A DNA stretch of 64,000 nucleotides from the human T2T-CHM13v2.0 reference genome, Homo sapiens: the NCBI RefSeq assembly GCF_009914755.1, contig NC_060940.1, one strand, 5' to 3'. The position numbers and the translations under genes were made by a program. The notes under the pieces were generated by a model, which worked only from the letters and a program-made list of their open reading frames with translations, was not told the DNA's origin and did no database searches. Below are positions 1 to 17,781 of this stretch, in pieces (positions within the stretch are counted from its first letter, which is position 1; the number at the start of each line of letters is the position of its first letter).

Positions 1-368
1 GGAGGTCCAGGCTCGGCCAGAGGCAGCTCATATGTGGGCCACAGTGACGGCAGCTGGTGCCTTCTGGGTCACGGAGACCTGGCGCTGCACGCAGCTCTCC
101 TCACCAGGATCTCAGTGACTCCTCCCAAAAGTCACACCCACTTTGCAGACGGGGAAACTGAGTCCGGAGAGGCTGGGTAACGAGCTCAAGATCACAGGGC
201 CCAAAAGTGGTAGAATCAGGGTTGGTGACCAGTGAGTCTGTGTCAGGGACCCAAAGTCTGATGGTGCTGGACTCTCTGCATCCCGGGAAGGAGGATGGGG
301 GCGCTGAGGACCCGGGATGTGCTGGGCCATCCCAGATCTGGACGTCCAAAGCTTTGCCTCTCTCCCAG

Positions 369-732
369 TGTCCAGGTGAAACTTGGAGACTCCTGGGACG
401 TGAAACTGGGAGCCTTAGGTGGGAATACCCAGGAAGTCACCCTGCAGCCAGGCGAATACATCACAAAAGTCTTTGTCGCCTTCCAAGCTTTCCTCCGGGG
501 TATGGTCATGTACACCAGCAAGGACCGCTATTTCTATTTTGGGAAGCTTGATGGCCAGATCTCCTCTGCCTACCCCAGCCAAGAGGGGCAGGTGCTGGTG
601 GGCATCTATGGCCAGTATCAACTCCTTGGCATCAAGAGCATTGGCTTTGAATGGAATTATCCACTAGAGGAGCCGACCACTGAGCCACCAGTTAATCTCA
701 CATACTCAGCAAACTCACCCGTGGGTCGCTAG
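369..732 (+). CDS. ZG16B: Last coding exon of zymogen granule protein 16B (jacalin-like lectin); upstream exons are outside the window
   Basis: Pyrimidine-rich acceptor ctctctcccAG at 367-368. Reading is [35 protein letters not shown]...[45 protein letters not shown], with jacalin motifs (GEYITKV, LVGIYG, IKSIGF). Stop TAG at 730-732. Confidence 0.95.
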
Positions 733-827
733 GGTGGGGTATGGGGCCATCCGAGCTGAGGCCATCTGGGTGGTGGTGGCTGATGGTACTGGAGTAACTG
801 AGTCGGGACGCTGAATCTGAATCCACC

Positions 828-837
828 AATAAATAAA
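828..837 (+). terminator. ZG16B: ZG16B polyadenylation signal (overlapping AATAAA x2)
   Basis: AATAAATAAA about 100 nt after the stop codon. Confidence 0.85.
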
Positions 838-1747
838 GGTTCTGCAGAATCAGTGCATCCAGGATTGGTCCTTGGATCTGGGGTACAACCAAAGCCTTCC
901 CTGCTCCTTGGAGACAAAGTCCCCAGTGCTGCAGCCCAGTGAACTGAGATGAGGGGTAGGGCAAAGGTGACTCTGCCGAGGACAGAAAGAGAGCAGCACC
1001 ACCCCCTCAGAGGTGCTGTGGATCTCTGTGCCAGTCCCACAATCTTTGAAGAGTCAGGCTTCAAGGCCGCCACTCCCCACTGTCCCTCACCCCAGGCCCA
1101 CCCAGCGGGCCTCTGCTGGCCACTCAGTCCCGGGATTCTCTGAGTGCTCAAGGGGCCTCAGGGAAGCCACTCACTCATCCATTCACTCAGCAAACATTTG
1201 CCAAGGCCGTGTCCTCACCAGGCTCGCCTGGCACTGGGGGTATAAAGAAGAGGCCAGGTTTCAGCTGAGTGCGTATACACTGTGGTGGGGGCTGGTGCAG
1301 AGGCAGATAGTGGCAGTTCACTTTGCCATCTGCATGGATGGGGACACATGCAGGTCATTGTGCGTAGGCACCTGCCCAGAGGTGAGGTGAGAGGGATGTG
1401 CTTCAGGGAAGTCTTCCTAGAGGAGGCAATGTCTGAGCTAAGTCTTAAAGGATGAAGGACAATTGGCCAAGTGGAGACAAAGGGAGGAGGGGATTACAGG
1501 TTGAGGGCTCAACATGAGCAAAGACAGGAGATGCAGATGGCTGGGGTAATTTGTCACAGTAGCAACAGGAAATCAGTACAAGCCCTGGACCTGGCCCATT
1601 CTTCATGTCCCCTTCCCAAGCCTCCAAGCCCACATGGGCACTTGCCAAGATCAGAGCTCCAGGGGCCTCCAGGGACGGGGTTTTCAGTCCTTTGGGACCA
1701 TGATCCACAGAGAGAAATTGATCCTACTTGAGACACAGGAAGCAACA

Positions 1748-2431
1748 CATGTAATGCAACAGCCAAGCACCCAACGATCATCTAATGCAACAGCCAAACA
1801 CCCAGCGATCATCTAATGCAACAGCCAAACACCCAGCGATCATCTAATGCAACAGCCAAACACCCAGCGATCATCTAATGCAACAGCCAAACACCCAGTG
1901 ATCATCTAATGCAACAGCCAAACACCCAGTGATCATCTAATGCAACAGCCAAACAGACAAGTGATCATCTAATGCAACAGCCAAACAGACAAGTGATCAT
2001 CTAATGCAACAGCCAAACACCCAGTGATCATCTAATGCAACAGCCAAACAGACAAGTGATCATCTAATGCAACAGCCAAACAGACAAGTGATCATCTAAT
2101 GCAACAGCCAAACACCCAGTGATCATCTAATGCAACAGCCAAACACCCAGTGATCATCTAATGCAACAGCCAAACAGACAAGTGATTATCTAAGGCAACA
2201 GCCAAACACCCAGCGATCATCTAATGCAACAGCCAAACACCCAGCGATCATCTAATGCAACAGCCAAACACCCAGCGATCATCTAATGCAACAGCCAAAC
2301 ACCCAGCGATCATCTAATGCAACAGCCAAACACCCAGCGATCATCTAATGCAACAGCCAAACACCCAGCGATCATCTAATGCAACAGCCAAACGCCCAGT
2401 GATCATCTAATGCAACAGCCAGTCAGTGATC
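1748..2431. repeat. 31/32-bp minisatellite (VNTR), about 22 units
   Basis: Unit CATCTAATGCAACAGCCAAA-[CACCCAGCG/CACCCAGTG/CAGACAAGTG]-AT repeated head to tail. Confidence 0.95.
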
Positions 2432-3057
2432 ACGGGAAGGGCCAGGTCCTATTTCAGGGGCTCCACCCAAAGTCCCCACCCACAACAATTGAAGGACAGG
2501 ACTTCAATTATCCTCATTTGCAAAATGAGGAAACAGAGGAACTGAGAGCAAAGTGACTTGTCCCACGCAGCCGTTAGAGGTAGAGTTGGAGGTCCACCTT
2601 GAGGTGACCAAGCTGCAAAGTCTGGCCACTGAACACCAGACCTAGGCAAAGATTTCCCAACCCAGTTTCATCTTTCTGCATGAAATACACACAGACGTTT
2701 TTTCTCTTCTCTACTTTTATTTTTATTTAATTTTAAATGCTGGTTGAGAGCCACTTCTTAACCTGGGGTCTGTGGACAAAAATCAGAAATCAAAATTCAG
2801 AGAATCCATGAACTGGGATGGGGGGGGGGAAATTACCTCTTTTTTTTTTATTGCCCTTGACTGAAAATTTCATGTTTCCTTCGGGTATGAATGTGACCTC
2901 ACATGCAACACCCATGAAATGACCACATCAAATACTGTTGTCACAGACACCTTGAAATTTACAGCCGTCACCACTTCAAAATTATGGTGATCAGACTTGC
3001 CATTCAACGTGTTGATAATCCAAGCCCAGGCACAGAACACATTTAAGAAAACATTTT

Positions 3058-3375
3058 GGGCCGGGCACAGTGGCTCACGCCTGTAATCCCAGTACTTTGG
3101 GAGGCCGAGGCGGGCAGATCATGAGGTCAGGAGTTCCAGACCAGCCTGGCCAACATGGTGAAACCCAGTCTCTACTAAAAATACAAAAATTAGCCGGGCA
3201 TGGTGGCGTGCGCCTATAATCCCAGATACTCAGGAGGCTGAGGCAGCAGAATCACTTGAACATGAGACGTGGAGGTTGCAGTGAGCCAAGATTGCACTAC
3301 TGCACTCCAGCCTGGGTGACAGAGTAAGACTCTGTCTAAAGAGAGAAAGAAAGAAAAGAAAAGAAAAGAGAAAAG
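3058..3375 (+). mobile_element. Alu (S-type)
   Basis: GGCCGGGCACAGTGGCTCACGCCTGTAATCCC... dimer with A-rich tail. Confidence 0.9.
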
Positions 3376-3500
3376 AACTGAGTCCCAAGCACTGCTTGTG
3401 GAAACCAGTTTCTGCTGAAGTGTTTTGAGTATGTGTGCCAATATTACTAGAGTGCTAGTAAGTCTCCTGTGATTTGGATCTTCTTTTTTCTGGGATGAGG

Positions 3501-3871
3501 GGATGGATGGATGGATGGATGGATGGATGGATGGGTGGGTGGGTGGGTGGGTGGATGAATGGATGGATGGATGGGTTGATGGGTGGGTGGATGGATGGGT
3601 GGATGAATGGATGGGTGAGTCAGTAAATGGATGGATAGGTCGGTAGATGGGTAGGTGGGTGGGTGAATGGGTGGAATAATGGATGGATAGGTGGATGGCT
3701 GGATGGATGGGTGGGTGAATGGGTAGGTGGGTAGGTGGGTGGGTGAGTGGGTAGATGCATGGATGGATGGATGAATTTATGAGTCAGTAGATGGGTGGGC
3801 GGGTGGATGGATGGACAAATGGGTGAGTGGATGGATGGATAAGTGGGTGGGTGGGTGAGGGGATAGATGGA
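3501..3871. repeat. (TGGA)n/(TGGG)n simple repeat
   Basis: Runs of GGAT/GGGT. Confidence 0.95.
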
Positions 3872-3888
3872 CAGAAAACACACTAGCG

Positions 3889-4235
<347 letters not shown>

Positions 4236-5524
4236 GACACTAGCATTCATCACGATCCAATTTTGGACCAGGCGCAATGGTGAGTGCTTACACAAGGACT
4301 GCCTCATTTAATCATCACAAACACCCTTGCGGTGGGTGTTAATCTCACATTTTTAAAGACAAGGAAGCCCAGGCTGAGCGAGTGAGTCATGGAATTCCAA
4401 CCGCAATCCCACAGTCCTCCTGCCACTTCCTGCTCAGGTGTTGGCCCAGTCCCACCATTGTGGGGGGAGGTTCTTTCCTGAGAGTCCCTGCGTCCCAAGT
4501 GCCCAAATACTTCAGCCACCACAACATGTGATTTTCTTGTCCTGGAATTCTGAGGTCCACATGCATACAGTGCCGCTGGCAGAGCCTGCTGTAATCCTGA
4601 GAATTCCTTTTCATCGACTCACTGCAAGTTCAGAGACAAGGCATCGACTCACTACAAGTTCAGAGACAAGGTGCGTGCCAGACCTGCACCCTGGGCTCCA
4701 GGGTGAGGAAGGAACCGCTCGTCCTACGCTGGGTCCCTGCCTCTGCTCCTGCTTGTCACCCTTGGCCAAACGTTCCCCAATCCCGAGCGGCTCTGGCCTT
4801 TGGACAGAAGTCAGCCTGTCAGCCTTCTGGAACACCTGCGTCCATTGTGGCCACTTCCTCATCCCCAGACCGGCTCAGTCTTGCAGGGGCGTTTGAATTG
4901 TTTCCTCCTACACAACACTGAACTGTGCAGCTCCCGCCCCGACCTGTCTCTAAACAGTGTCACTAGTCCCAAGGCCTCCTGCAGGCCACTGGGCCCACAG
5001 ACAGGCCAACCAGCAAACTGGGGGTCCCACTGAGAGACACCTGGTGCTGGTTGCCGTGCACTTAGAGTGGGCCAGGCAGCTGGAACCTAAGAGGAGCTGC
5101 TGGAGGAAGTGGAGCACCTTGAATGTCACCTGGACTCACGTCTGCCCCTACCGCCCCCTCGGACCCGCACCCACCCCCCGGCCCAGGCACCAGGTGAACC
5201 CTCTGTGTCTTTCCAACAAGCCCCAGGCAGGAGGGGCTTCACAAGCAGAAGCACCAGTCTTGTAAGTCCTCTACAAACAGCACCTGTGTGAGGGGCCAGA
5301 GAAAGAGAAGACAAAGAGGGCTGTGTGCGCACCACAGTCCAGGTCAGGCGCGGAAAATCCTTCTGTAGCTTTTGCTGTTGGCTGAGGCCCCTTCCTTCTA
5401 ACTCACCGTTGGCAGAAGTCGGATGCCTCGGAGAGAAAAGAGGCTCAGCAGGCTTCCCCTGCCCGTGGGGGTCAAGGAGCGTTCGTGCTGTCCACTGCCA
5501 GGAAATGTGGGGGGTTCTGAGGAC

Positions 5525-6362
5525 CACACAGACACACACACACACAAATACACACCCATTCAAACATACACACAAAATACACATGCAGACACACACGCAC
5601 ACAAATACACACCCATATACACATACACACAAATACACACCCACCCAGAGACACACACAAATACACACCCATACACACATACACAGACAAGCACATACAC
5701 AAATACCTACACACACACAAAAATACCCACCCACACAGAGACACACAAATACACACCCACTGACACACACACACAAATACACACCCATCCACACAGAGAC
5801 ACACACACAAATACCCATTCACATACACGCAAATACACACCCACCCCCACACAAATACACACCCATCCACAGAGACACGCACACACACATACCCATACAT
5901 ACATACACACACAAATACACACCCACCTCCCCACACACCCAGACACACACACACACCCACACACCCATTCACATGCACGCAAATATACACCCAGCCCCCC
6001 ATGCAAATACCCACACAGAGACACAGACACACAGAAATACACACCCACCCAGAGACACACTCACAAACACACACCACAGAAACACACACACACATACATA
6101 CATGCAAATACACACCCATACACAGACACACAAATACCCACAGACACACACACCCACACACACAGACACATACACATACACACACCTACCCCACAGAGAC
6201 ACATACAGAGACGCAGACACATACACAAATACACAAACACGTATGTACACACACACACACATGCACATAAAAGTACACCCACACCCATCCACACACAGGC
6301 ACACACAAACACACATAAATACACACCCACACACAGACACATCCACACACAGACAGGCACAC
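5525..6362. repeat. Compound (CA)-rich low-complexity repeat
   Basis: ACACACAAATACACACCC-type units; source of the spurious long His/Thr and Cys/Val ORFs. Confidence 0.95.
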
Positions 6363-6466
6363 AGCCTGGACAGGGGCCTCCTGGATGGGAGTGGATCCTG
6401 GCACAGGGCTGATGGCACAGCAGCCCTGGTCAAGGTCATCTGGGGAAGAGACTGGGGGGGGTCCTT

Positions 6467-6748
6467 GGGCACGGTGGCTCACGCCTGTCATCCCAGCACT
6501 TTGGGAGGCTGGGGCAGGCGGATCACTTGAGGTCAGAAGTTCAAGACCAGCCTGGGCAACATGGTGAAACCCTGTCTCTACTAAAAATACAAAAATTAGC
6601 CGAGCATGGTGGTGTGCACATGTACTCCCAGGTAGGCTGAGGTGGGAGGATCGCTTAAGCCCAGGAGGTCGAGGCTGCAATGAGCTGAGATTGAGCCACT
6701 GCACTCCAGCCTGGGCAATAGAGCAAGACCCTGTCACAAAAGAAAAAA
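6467..6748 (+). mobile_element. Alu
   Basis: Alu consensus motifs. Confidence 0.85.
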
Positions 6749-8133
6749 GGAGAGAGAAACTGAAGGGGCTGATATGCAAGGAGGGAGGCTGAGTGCTTCT
6801 GAGACATCCTTGGTGCTTCAGGCCTATGTGACGGAGGGCTGCCAACTCTAACATTAAAGCAGAAATCCAGAAGTGAGGATTTTGTTTTAATCCTTCACTT
6901 TCCCTCCTCACTAGATTTCTGGAAGGAGTTATTTATGAGTGAAGAGCTGGAGAATCCATTCGCAAACTGATGCATGAAAGTGATTAGCAAGAGAAAGTTG
7001 TGAGACAAAACAGAGAAGCTGAGAGGCCAGAAACCTCTACCCAGGACGCTGAGCTCCTGGCGGATCCGATGAGTCCCTCCAGGACACCGTCCACCCTGGG
7101 ATGAAGGCAGAGGAGTTGGAAGGAGGCGAGGCCGTCACGGGACAACAGGACCCTATGAAGGTGGGCCCACAGCAAAAGGAGAGATGATTCTAGAGCATCC
7201 AGTCTTCTAGGGCAGCAAAACAACCTAAATTTTCTAAGAGGCCACCCAGCTGAGGGTGCCCCCGGGGAGGGCTGAGGCGTCAGGGTGACGGCTCCACTGC
7301 CCACTCACCTGCGACCTCAAAGCCCCTCTCCTCCTTGGGGTGCTCCTGACAGCCACCTCCAGGGCAGGCGAGTGGCGCTGGGACAAAGGCTGGCCCGACT
7401 GCGCCCCACCCAAGCAGACGGTCCTTCCCCCAGACCTGGCGCCAAACTGGAGTGAAAGCCCGACCACCGTGTCTCACAGGGAAACTGACACCAGATGCGA
7501 ACTTCCAAATGGATCCCTCCCTGCAAGTGTGGAGCTGGCGCTACCAGGCACTGCTCTGGCCATGCGTCTAAGACACAGGCAGAGGGCGCTGCCCACCACG
7601 CTGGCGACGGCCTCAAAGCCCCTGTTCATGCCTGGGACAGCGCCCAAGGACCTTGCTCATGCCTGGGACAGGCCCCAGGGCCCCCACTGGCTGCAGTCAG
7701 CAGCGGGCAGGGTGGTGGGGGAAGGTATGGACACTCCGTGGGCCGGAGCTGGGAGAACAAGGCCTATTATTGGACACCTGGTGGCCATGGCAACCACACA
7801 AGGATGCCTGAGACTGAAAATCTGTGGGCTTCAAGGAGCTCCAGCTCTTGCACTGGCTGAGTCACAGTGACTATATAACTCTTACTCCCACTTTTGGGAC
7901 ACTTTTTGAGAGGGACAGGGATCCTATCTAACTACACGGGACAGACATCGCCCAAGACCGTCCTGAGCAAGCCTGGACGCTGTGACCCTAACGATGAAGG
8001 TGTCCCGCAGACAATGTCCGGGGCAGGCACCATGCTCTCCCAACCTACCACAGCCAGATGTTTTTGTAAAGAACAATAAAAATGAATTACTAGAAAAGCA
8101 AAGACATAAAATACACATAAAAAACCTACAGTT

Positions 8134-8139
8134 TTTATT
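8134..8139 (-). terminator. PRSS30P: PRSS30P polyadenylation signal
   Basis: TTTATT on + (AATAAA on -), about 55 nt past the stop. Confidence 0.75.
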
Positions 8140-8194
8140 ATTAGATTCCATCAATCCTACCAGAAAGGGGATCCCGGACTCCATGGCTCATGGT

Positions 8195-10270
<2,076 letters not shown>

Positions 10271-11099
10271 GGCTCCTCTTCCCTACAGACACTGCACTGG
10301 GGTCAGAGTCCTTGGACGGCACCAGAGGTTGGGGGGGCGGGGGTGGCAGGTCATTAACCAGTGGCAATCACGCTGGAGCCCTCTGTGCCTGGCAGAACCC
10401 GCCCTCCTCAGATGCCGCTTGGGCTCCTGTCCCGCATGTTCCAGGGAGGTGGTTTAGAGGAGGCTGGGGATGCCAGGGCCCACCTCAGGCCAGTCCCTCC
10501 AAGGAGCCAGAGGTCAGAAGACCGGTCAGTCCACCCTACTGGGCTGCGATGTGGAAGCCCCACCCATCCTTCCGGCAGGCAGGAGATCCCCACTGCTTCA
10601 CCCACTAGAAGCTCTGCTCAAGGCAGAGGTGGGGACCAACCCTCTTCACCCTGTCCCCAACCAGGAAGTGTGATGTCTCCACACAGGCCAGCCGGGCTGC
10701 CCCAGCCCACCTCCCGCCTCCCTTCCCACCAGAAGGACCTGTAGCTCCTGCAGAGCCCTCCTGGGGCACACCGTATCTAAGGGGCTGGAACATAGGGGAG
10801 CCCTATTCGTTGCTATGGGAACAAAGACAGCCAGGGTTCGGCCCCCCCAGACAGGAAGGGTCGACTCAGGAGACACGTTTTCCAGGTGCTACTTCCTCCT
10901 GCTGCTGCCACTGCCCAAAACCTTTGGCCCCCATCCCAGGGCCAGGGGCAGAGGCGGAGCCAGTCCCGAGGCAGCTGAGGACCCCACCATGCGCTTGGTG
11001 TTGTGCACGGCCTCCAGCCCGGACTGAAGTTGGCCTGACCCGAGAAGCCCAGGATCGCTGAGGAAGCTCCCCACTGTTGTCGCCTCTCAGCCCCACGCC

Positions 11100-11345
11100 C
11101 ACTCATCCACAGGCAGCCGGGATGCTCACGCAGCCACGTCACGGACCTCATCTCGGCCTCGCTACGACTCTGCCAACAGGGGGCGCTGCAGGAGGCTACG
11201 CGGTCGCAGGGACTCCTTTCTGTCCGTTTCCGGCAAACTTCCCGCGCTCTTCCGGAGGTTGAGGGTGGTTCGCTAAACTTCCGGTGGGCTCCAAGAGAGT
11301 TTCCGGCGGACTTCCTGTGCGATCGGGCGGGGTTCCGGTCAGTAT
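11100..11345 (-). promoter_or_regulatory. Small CpG-rich promoter with an ETS-motif array and a CTCF-like motif upstream of PRSS30P
   Basis: TTCCGG at 11228, 11250, 11279, 11301 and 11333; ACTTCCTG at 11310; GC box 11325-11332; GCCAACAGGGGGCGCT 11172-11187. Confidence 0.7.
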
Positions 11346-11511
11346 GCGAGTCCTGTGAGCATCATCTCAGCCTGGCCTCAGGCCCTGGAGGGTCTGGAAA
11401 CTGAGTGGTCCCTCTCAGGAGGCAACCAAAAGACGTTCTCACTGGCTGACGATGGGACACTTGGAGCATCACTGTGGGCAATAACTTGGAGTGATTTAAA
11501 TACGTGAGATA

Positions 11512-11815
11512 AGGCCGGGTGCGGTGGCTCACGCCTGTGATCCCAGCACTGTGAGAGGCCGATGCGGGCAGATCACCTGAGGTCAGGAGTTCGACACCAG
11601 CCTGGCCAACATGGCAAAACCCCATCTATACTAAAAATACAAAAATTAGCTGGGCGTGGTGGTGGCACCTATGATCCCAGCTACTCAGGAGGCTGAGGCA
11701 GGAGAATCGCGTTAACCCAGAAGCAGAGGCTGCAGTGAGCCGAGATCGCGTCACTACACTCCAGCCTGGGCGACAGAACGAGACTCCATCTCAAAAAAAA
11801 AAAAAGAAAAGAAGA
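11512..11815 (+). mobile_element. Alu (S-type)
   Basis: Full dimer with poly(A). Confidence 0.9.
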
Positions 11816-12135
11816 AATCCATGAGTTCATATTACAAAAAAAACCTTTATCATTTTTGGAGTATGCTAAGGAAATAGTTCATTATTTTGAGGATAATTAA
11901 ATAGATGCCAAAAACATAAACATTTTTAAAAATAGAATGAAAGAGGCAACAAAAATAAATAGATGATGAAAAGTTTCTCTTTATGGAGGAATTTCTGCTA
12001 ATAAATGGAACAGGAATATCACCATGTTGCAATCTAATGGACTAATTGGTCTAGGGAATAATCCTCAACAGCTAGCTCATCACTACGAGACAGTCAACTG
12101 GTGTGTACCCCCTGATAGACTTTTCTGGAAAAATC

Positions 12136-12455
12136 AGAGGCCTGCAAGGCGGAGTTCAGCTGCATCAGGGCAACATCCTCGCTGGTAGTGGTCCCATGGT
12201 ATGAGGGGTGGACCAGTAGCTTCCTCGCAACCACCAAGGCCGGAGTGTCAGCCCTCCGACTTTAACATGGTAGAGCCTGGGATCCACAGACTTGGGAGGG
12301 GAATGGAGACGCAGTCTGCTGCAGTCAGCCGCCCAGGTGAGGCAAGGAGTGCCTGAATTTGCCCAAGACTGCAGATCTGGGGTGTGGGACATAGGGACAG
12401 AGCCCAGAACAGGCAGAGCCTGAAGAGTCCACAAATCTGGACTGGGAGTCCAGAG
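12136..12455 (-). pseudogene. Rearranged paralogous fragment of PRSS30P (exon-4 region plus an intron-5 segment)
   Basis: 12136-12337 aligns to 9447-9665 (SVDPRLYHVKVGGLT...HGTTTS); 12377-12455 aligns to 8597-8677. Confidence 0.85.
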
Positions 12456-14186
12456 GGAAACACAGAAACAGAGGAATATGTTAGAGACAGCATGGGGGCA
12501 CAACCAGCAAATCCAGATGGTGAGATTAAAGGACAAATGATCAGTTATTGGACAGTGACAAAGAAAAAAAAGAGATGGAGGGGGCACCTCGAGAATAAAA
12601 GAAACTTAAGACGTATAGCAATCAACTGCAATGAATAAAGTTTATTTTGTAAGGGAAAATTGTGAAAGACTTTAAAGTGGACCCACAAAAATTACTGAGT
12701 AAATTCAATGGGGTTGTCTCTCATACTCTTCCAGGTTTTCTGATTCTGTGGGGGTCCCTCCCTTTGAGCTATTTTAAGACTCTGTAAATTGTAGATAACT
12801 GATAGGAATGCAGATTGTTCTTGTACATCTATTTAAGCAAATTAATTTCAACATTGCTGATGTGTTAAATATGTTCCTACTCTGAATTCTCCTTTGAACC
12901 AGTTGTAACATCTCACTGATTCTGTCATTAATTGAGTTAAATAAAAACACAGGCTGGGTGCAGTGGCTTATGTCTGTAATCCCAGAACTTTGGGAGGCTG
13001 AGAAGGTGGGATGATATTTTGAGGCCAGGAGTTCAAAACCACCCTGGTAAATATAGCAGACCCTGTCTCTCTAAAAGTAAAAAATTGACATGTATTAATT
13101 TTATATTTGTATGAGTCATGATTTTATCTTTTTAGCACATCATCCTTTAACAATTTATATTCTGATTCAAACGCACACATTGGAAAACATAAAATGAGCT
13201 GGGAATAGGAAATATGAATATTAATTATATTTGATATTGTTAATGAATTGTTGTTACTTTTGTTTAGTTTGATAATGATATTGTAGGTCTTTTTCATGGC
13301 CCTATCTTTTAGAGATATATACAGAAAAAAATATTTAATTGGTCTCAAAAATCCAGAGTGAAAATAGGCAGTCTCTGTGTCGCCCAGTTATGGTGAAATA
13401 TAAATTAATGCACCTGAAACTGGTAGGTGTTCATTTTGTACTGGAAGTGAGGTAAGTAAGGTCAACTTTATGATAATGCCAGCTTCCTGTAGGTTTACAA
13501 GCAGAGATGTGTGTCCCTGGACAGGGGTGTTTATTAATTGGAATCTCGTGAGCAGTCCCTTTTACTTCTGCTAACATTAGGCTAGTGAGCACCATTGTTG
13601 TGGGGAGATGTGATGGAATATTTTGTTGGTGGACGGTTTAAGCCTGAAATGACCTTCTCAAGACCCCTTGATATGCAAATCTGAGAGATGGCATGAGTAA
13701 GTTTGCATAGGGCAATGAGCAGGTCTAAAAGGAACTGTCATTAAGCCTGTATGGGGTCCTCAGTGAAATAGCCACAACTTCCTGGTATGCAGATTAAACC
13801 AAGTGTCTCTTGGCTACGTGTCATGATACACAAGCTAGGCGACAAACAATACCAACACAGATACATCTCTGCAGCACTTCCTATAGCCCGTATCATTGCG
13901 GAACAGGAATTTGAAAGATGTAATTCGTATGTGGGAAATGTAAAGCAGCTGAAAGAATGGAATGCAAAATCCACCAACAGGAGAAAAACAAGAAATGGGA
14001 GTAAAACCGAATAGTAAATAAAGCATTAAGTAGCTGAATAAGCTACAGTTAGGAAACCAGTCACAAAAGTAGAGTTTAGTGAGGTTTGATATTATTAGAA
14101 TTTCTCTTATTAAGTGGAATAGTCCCAACTGGGCCCATTAGCAAAAAGTAACCCCAAGGACTGCAAAGACAATTCTCCCTTGAGTG

Positions 14187-15718
<1,532 letters not shown>

Positions 15719-16146
15719 ATACGCAGGCTCAGCCCAAGCATCTGTTCATGTGCAGCTTGTGGCTGAGGCCAGAAGCCCTGATCACACAGGCACTGTGCTC
15801 TGTGAAATGATGGCTGGGCCTGTGACTATGACCTTGAAGACCTTTGACCTCAGATCCCATATGTAAGTCATCAGGGCAGGGGGCCAGTTGAGCAAAGGCT
15901 TCCCCGCCGAACAAGGGGAGGGTCTGTAGGACTAGGGAGACCGGTATCTATCCGCACCACCACTTGATGTTGAGCAAAGCAACATAACTGAATTGAAGGA
16001 ATAATGGAATTTTCCAGTTTTCATAGGACTGGACCCTTTGACCCACGTAAACCTGTAGAATTCTTGGATACTCCATGGATTTAGTGGGATGGTCTCAAGA
16101 AAGAAAGGATCTCTGCTAAAAAGAGAATGTGGTGCTTGAGTAATTA

Positions 16147-17781
<1,635 letters not shown>

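Noticed and set aside
1748-2431. CRISPR-like repeat array
   Set aside because: Units are contiguous with no unique spacers, there are no cas genes, and the DNA is mammalian; this is a minisatellite
5126-6911. Long ORFs of 230-401 aa rich in His/Thr or Cys/Val
   Set aside because: They are translations of the (CA)-rich repeat and an Alu; stop-free because of base composition
13380-14130. Possible ERV internal sequence
   Set aside because: It looks retroviral in texture, but I found no diagnostic gag/pol/env motif, so it is not called
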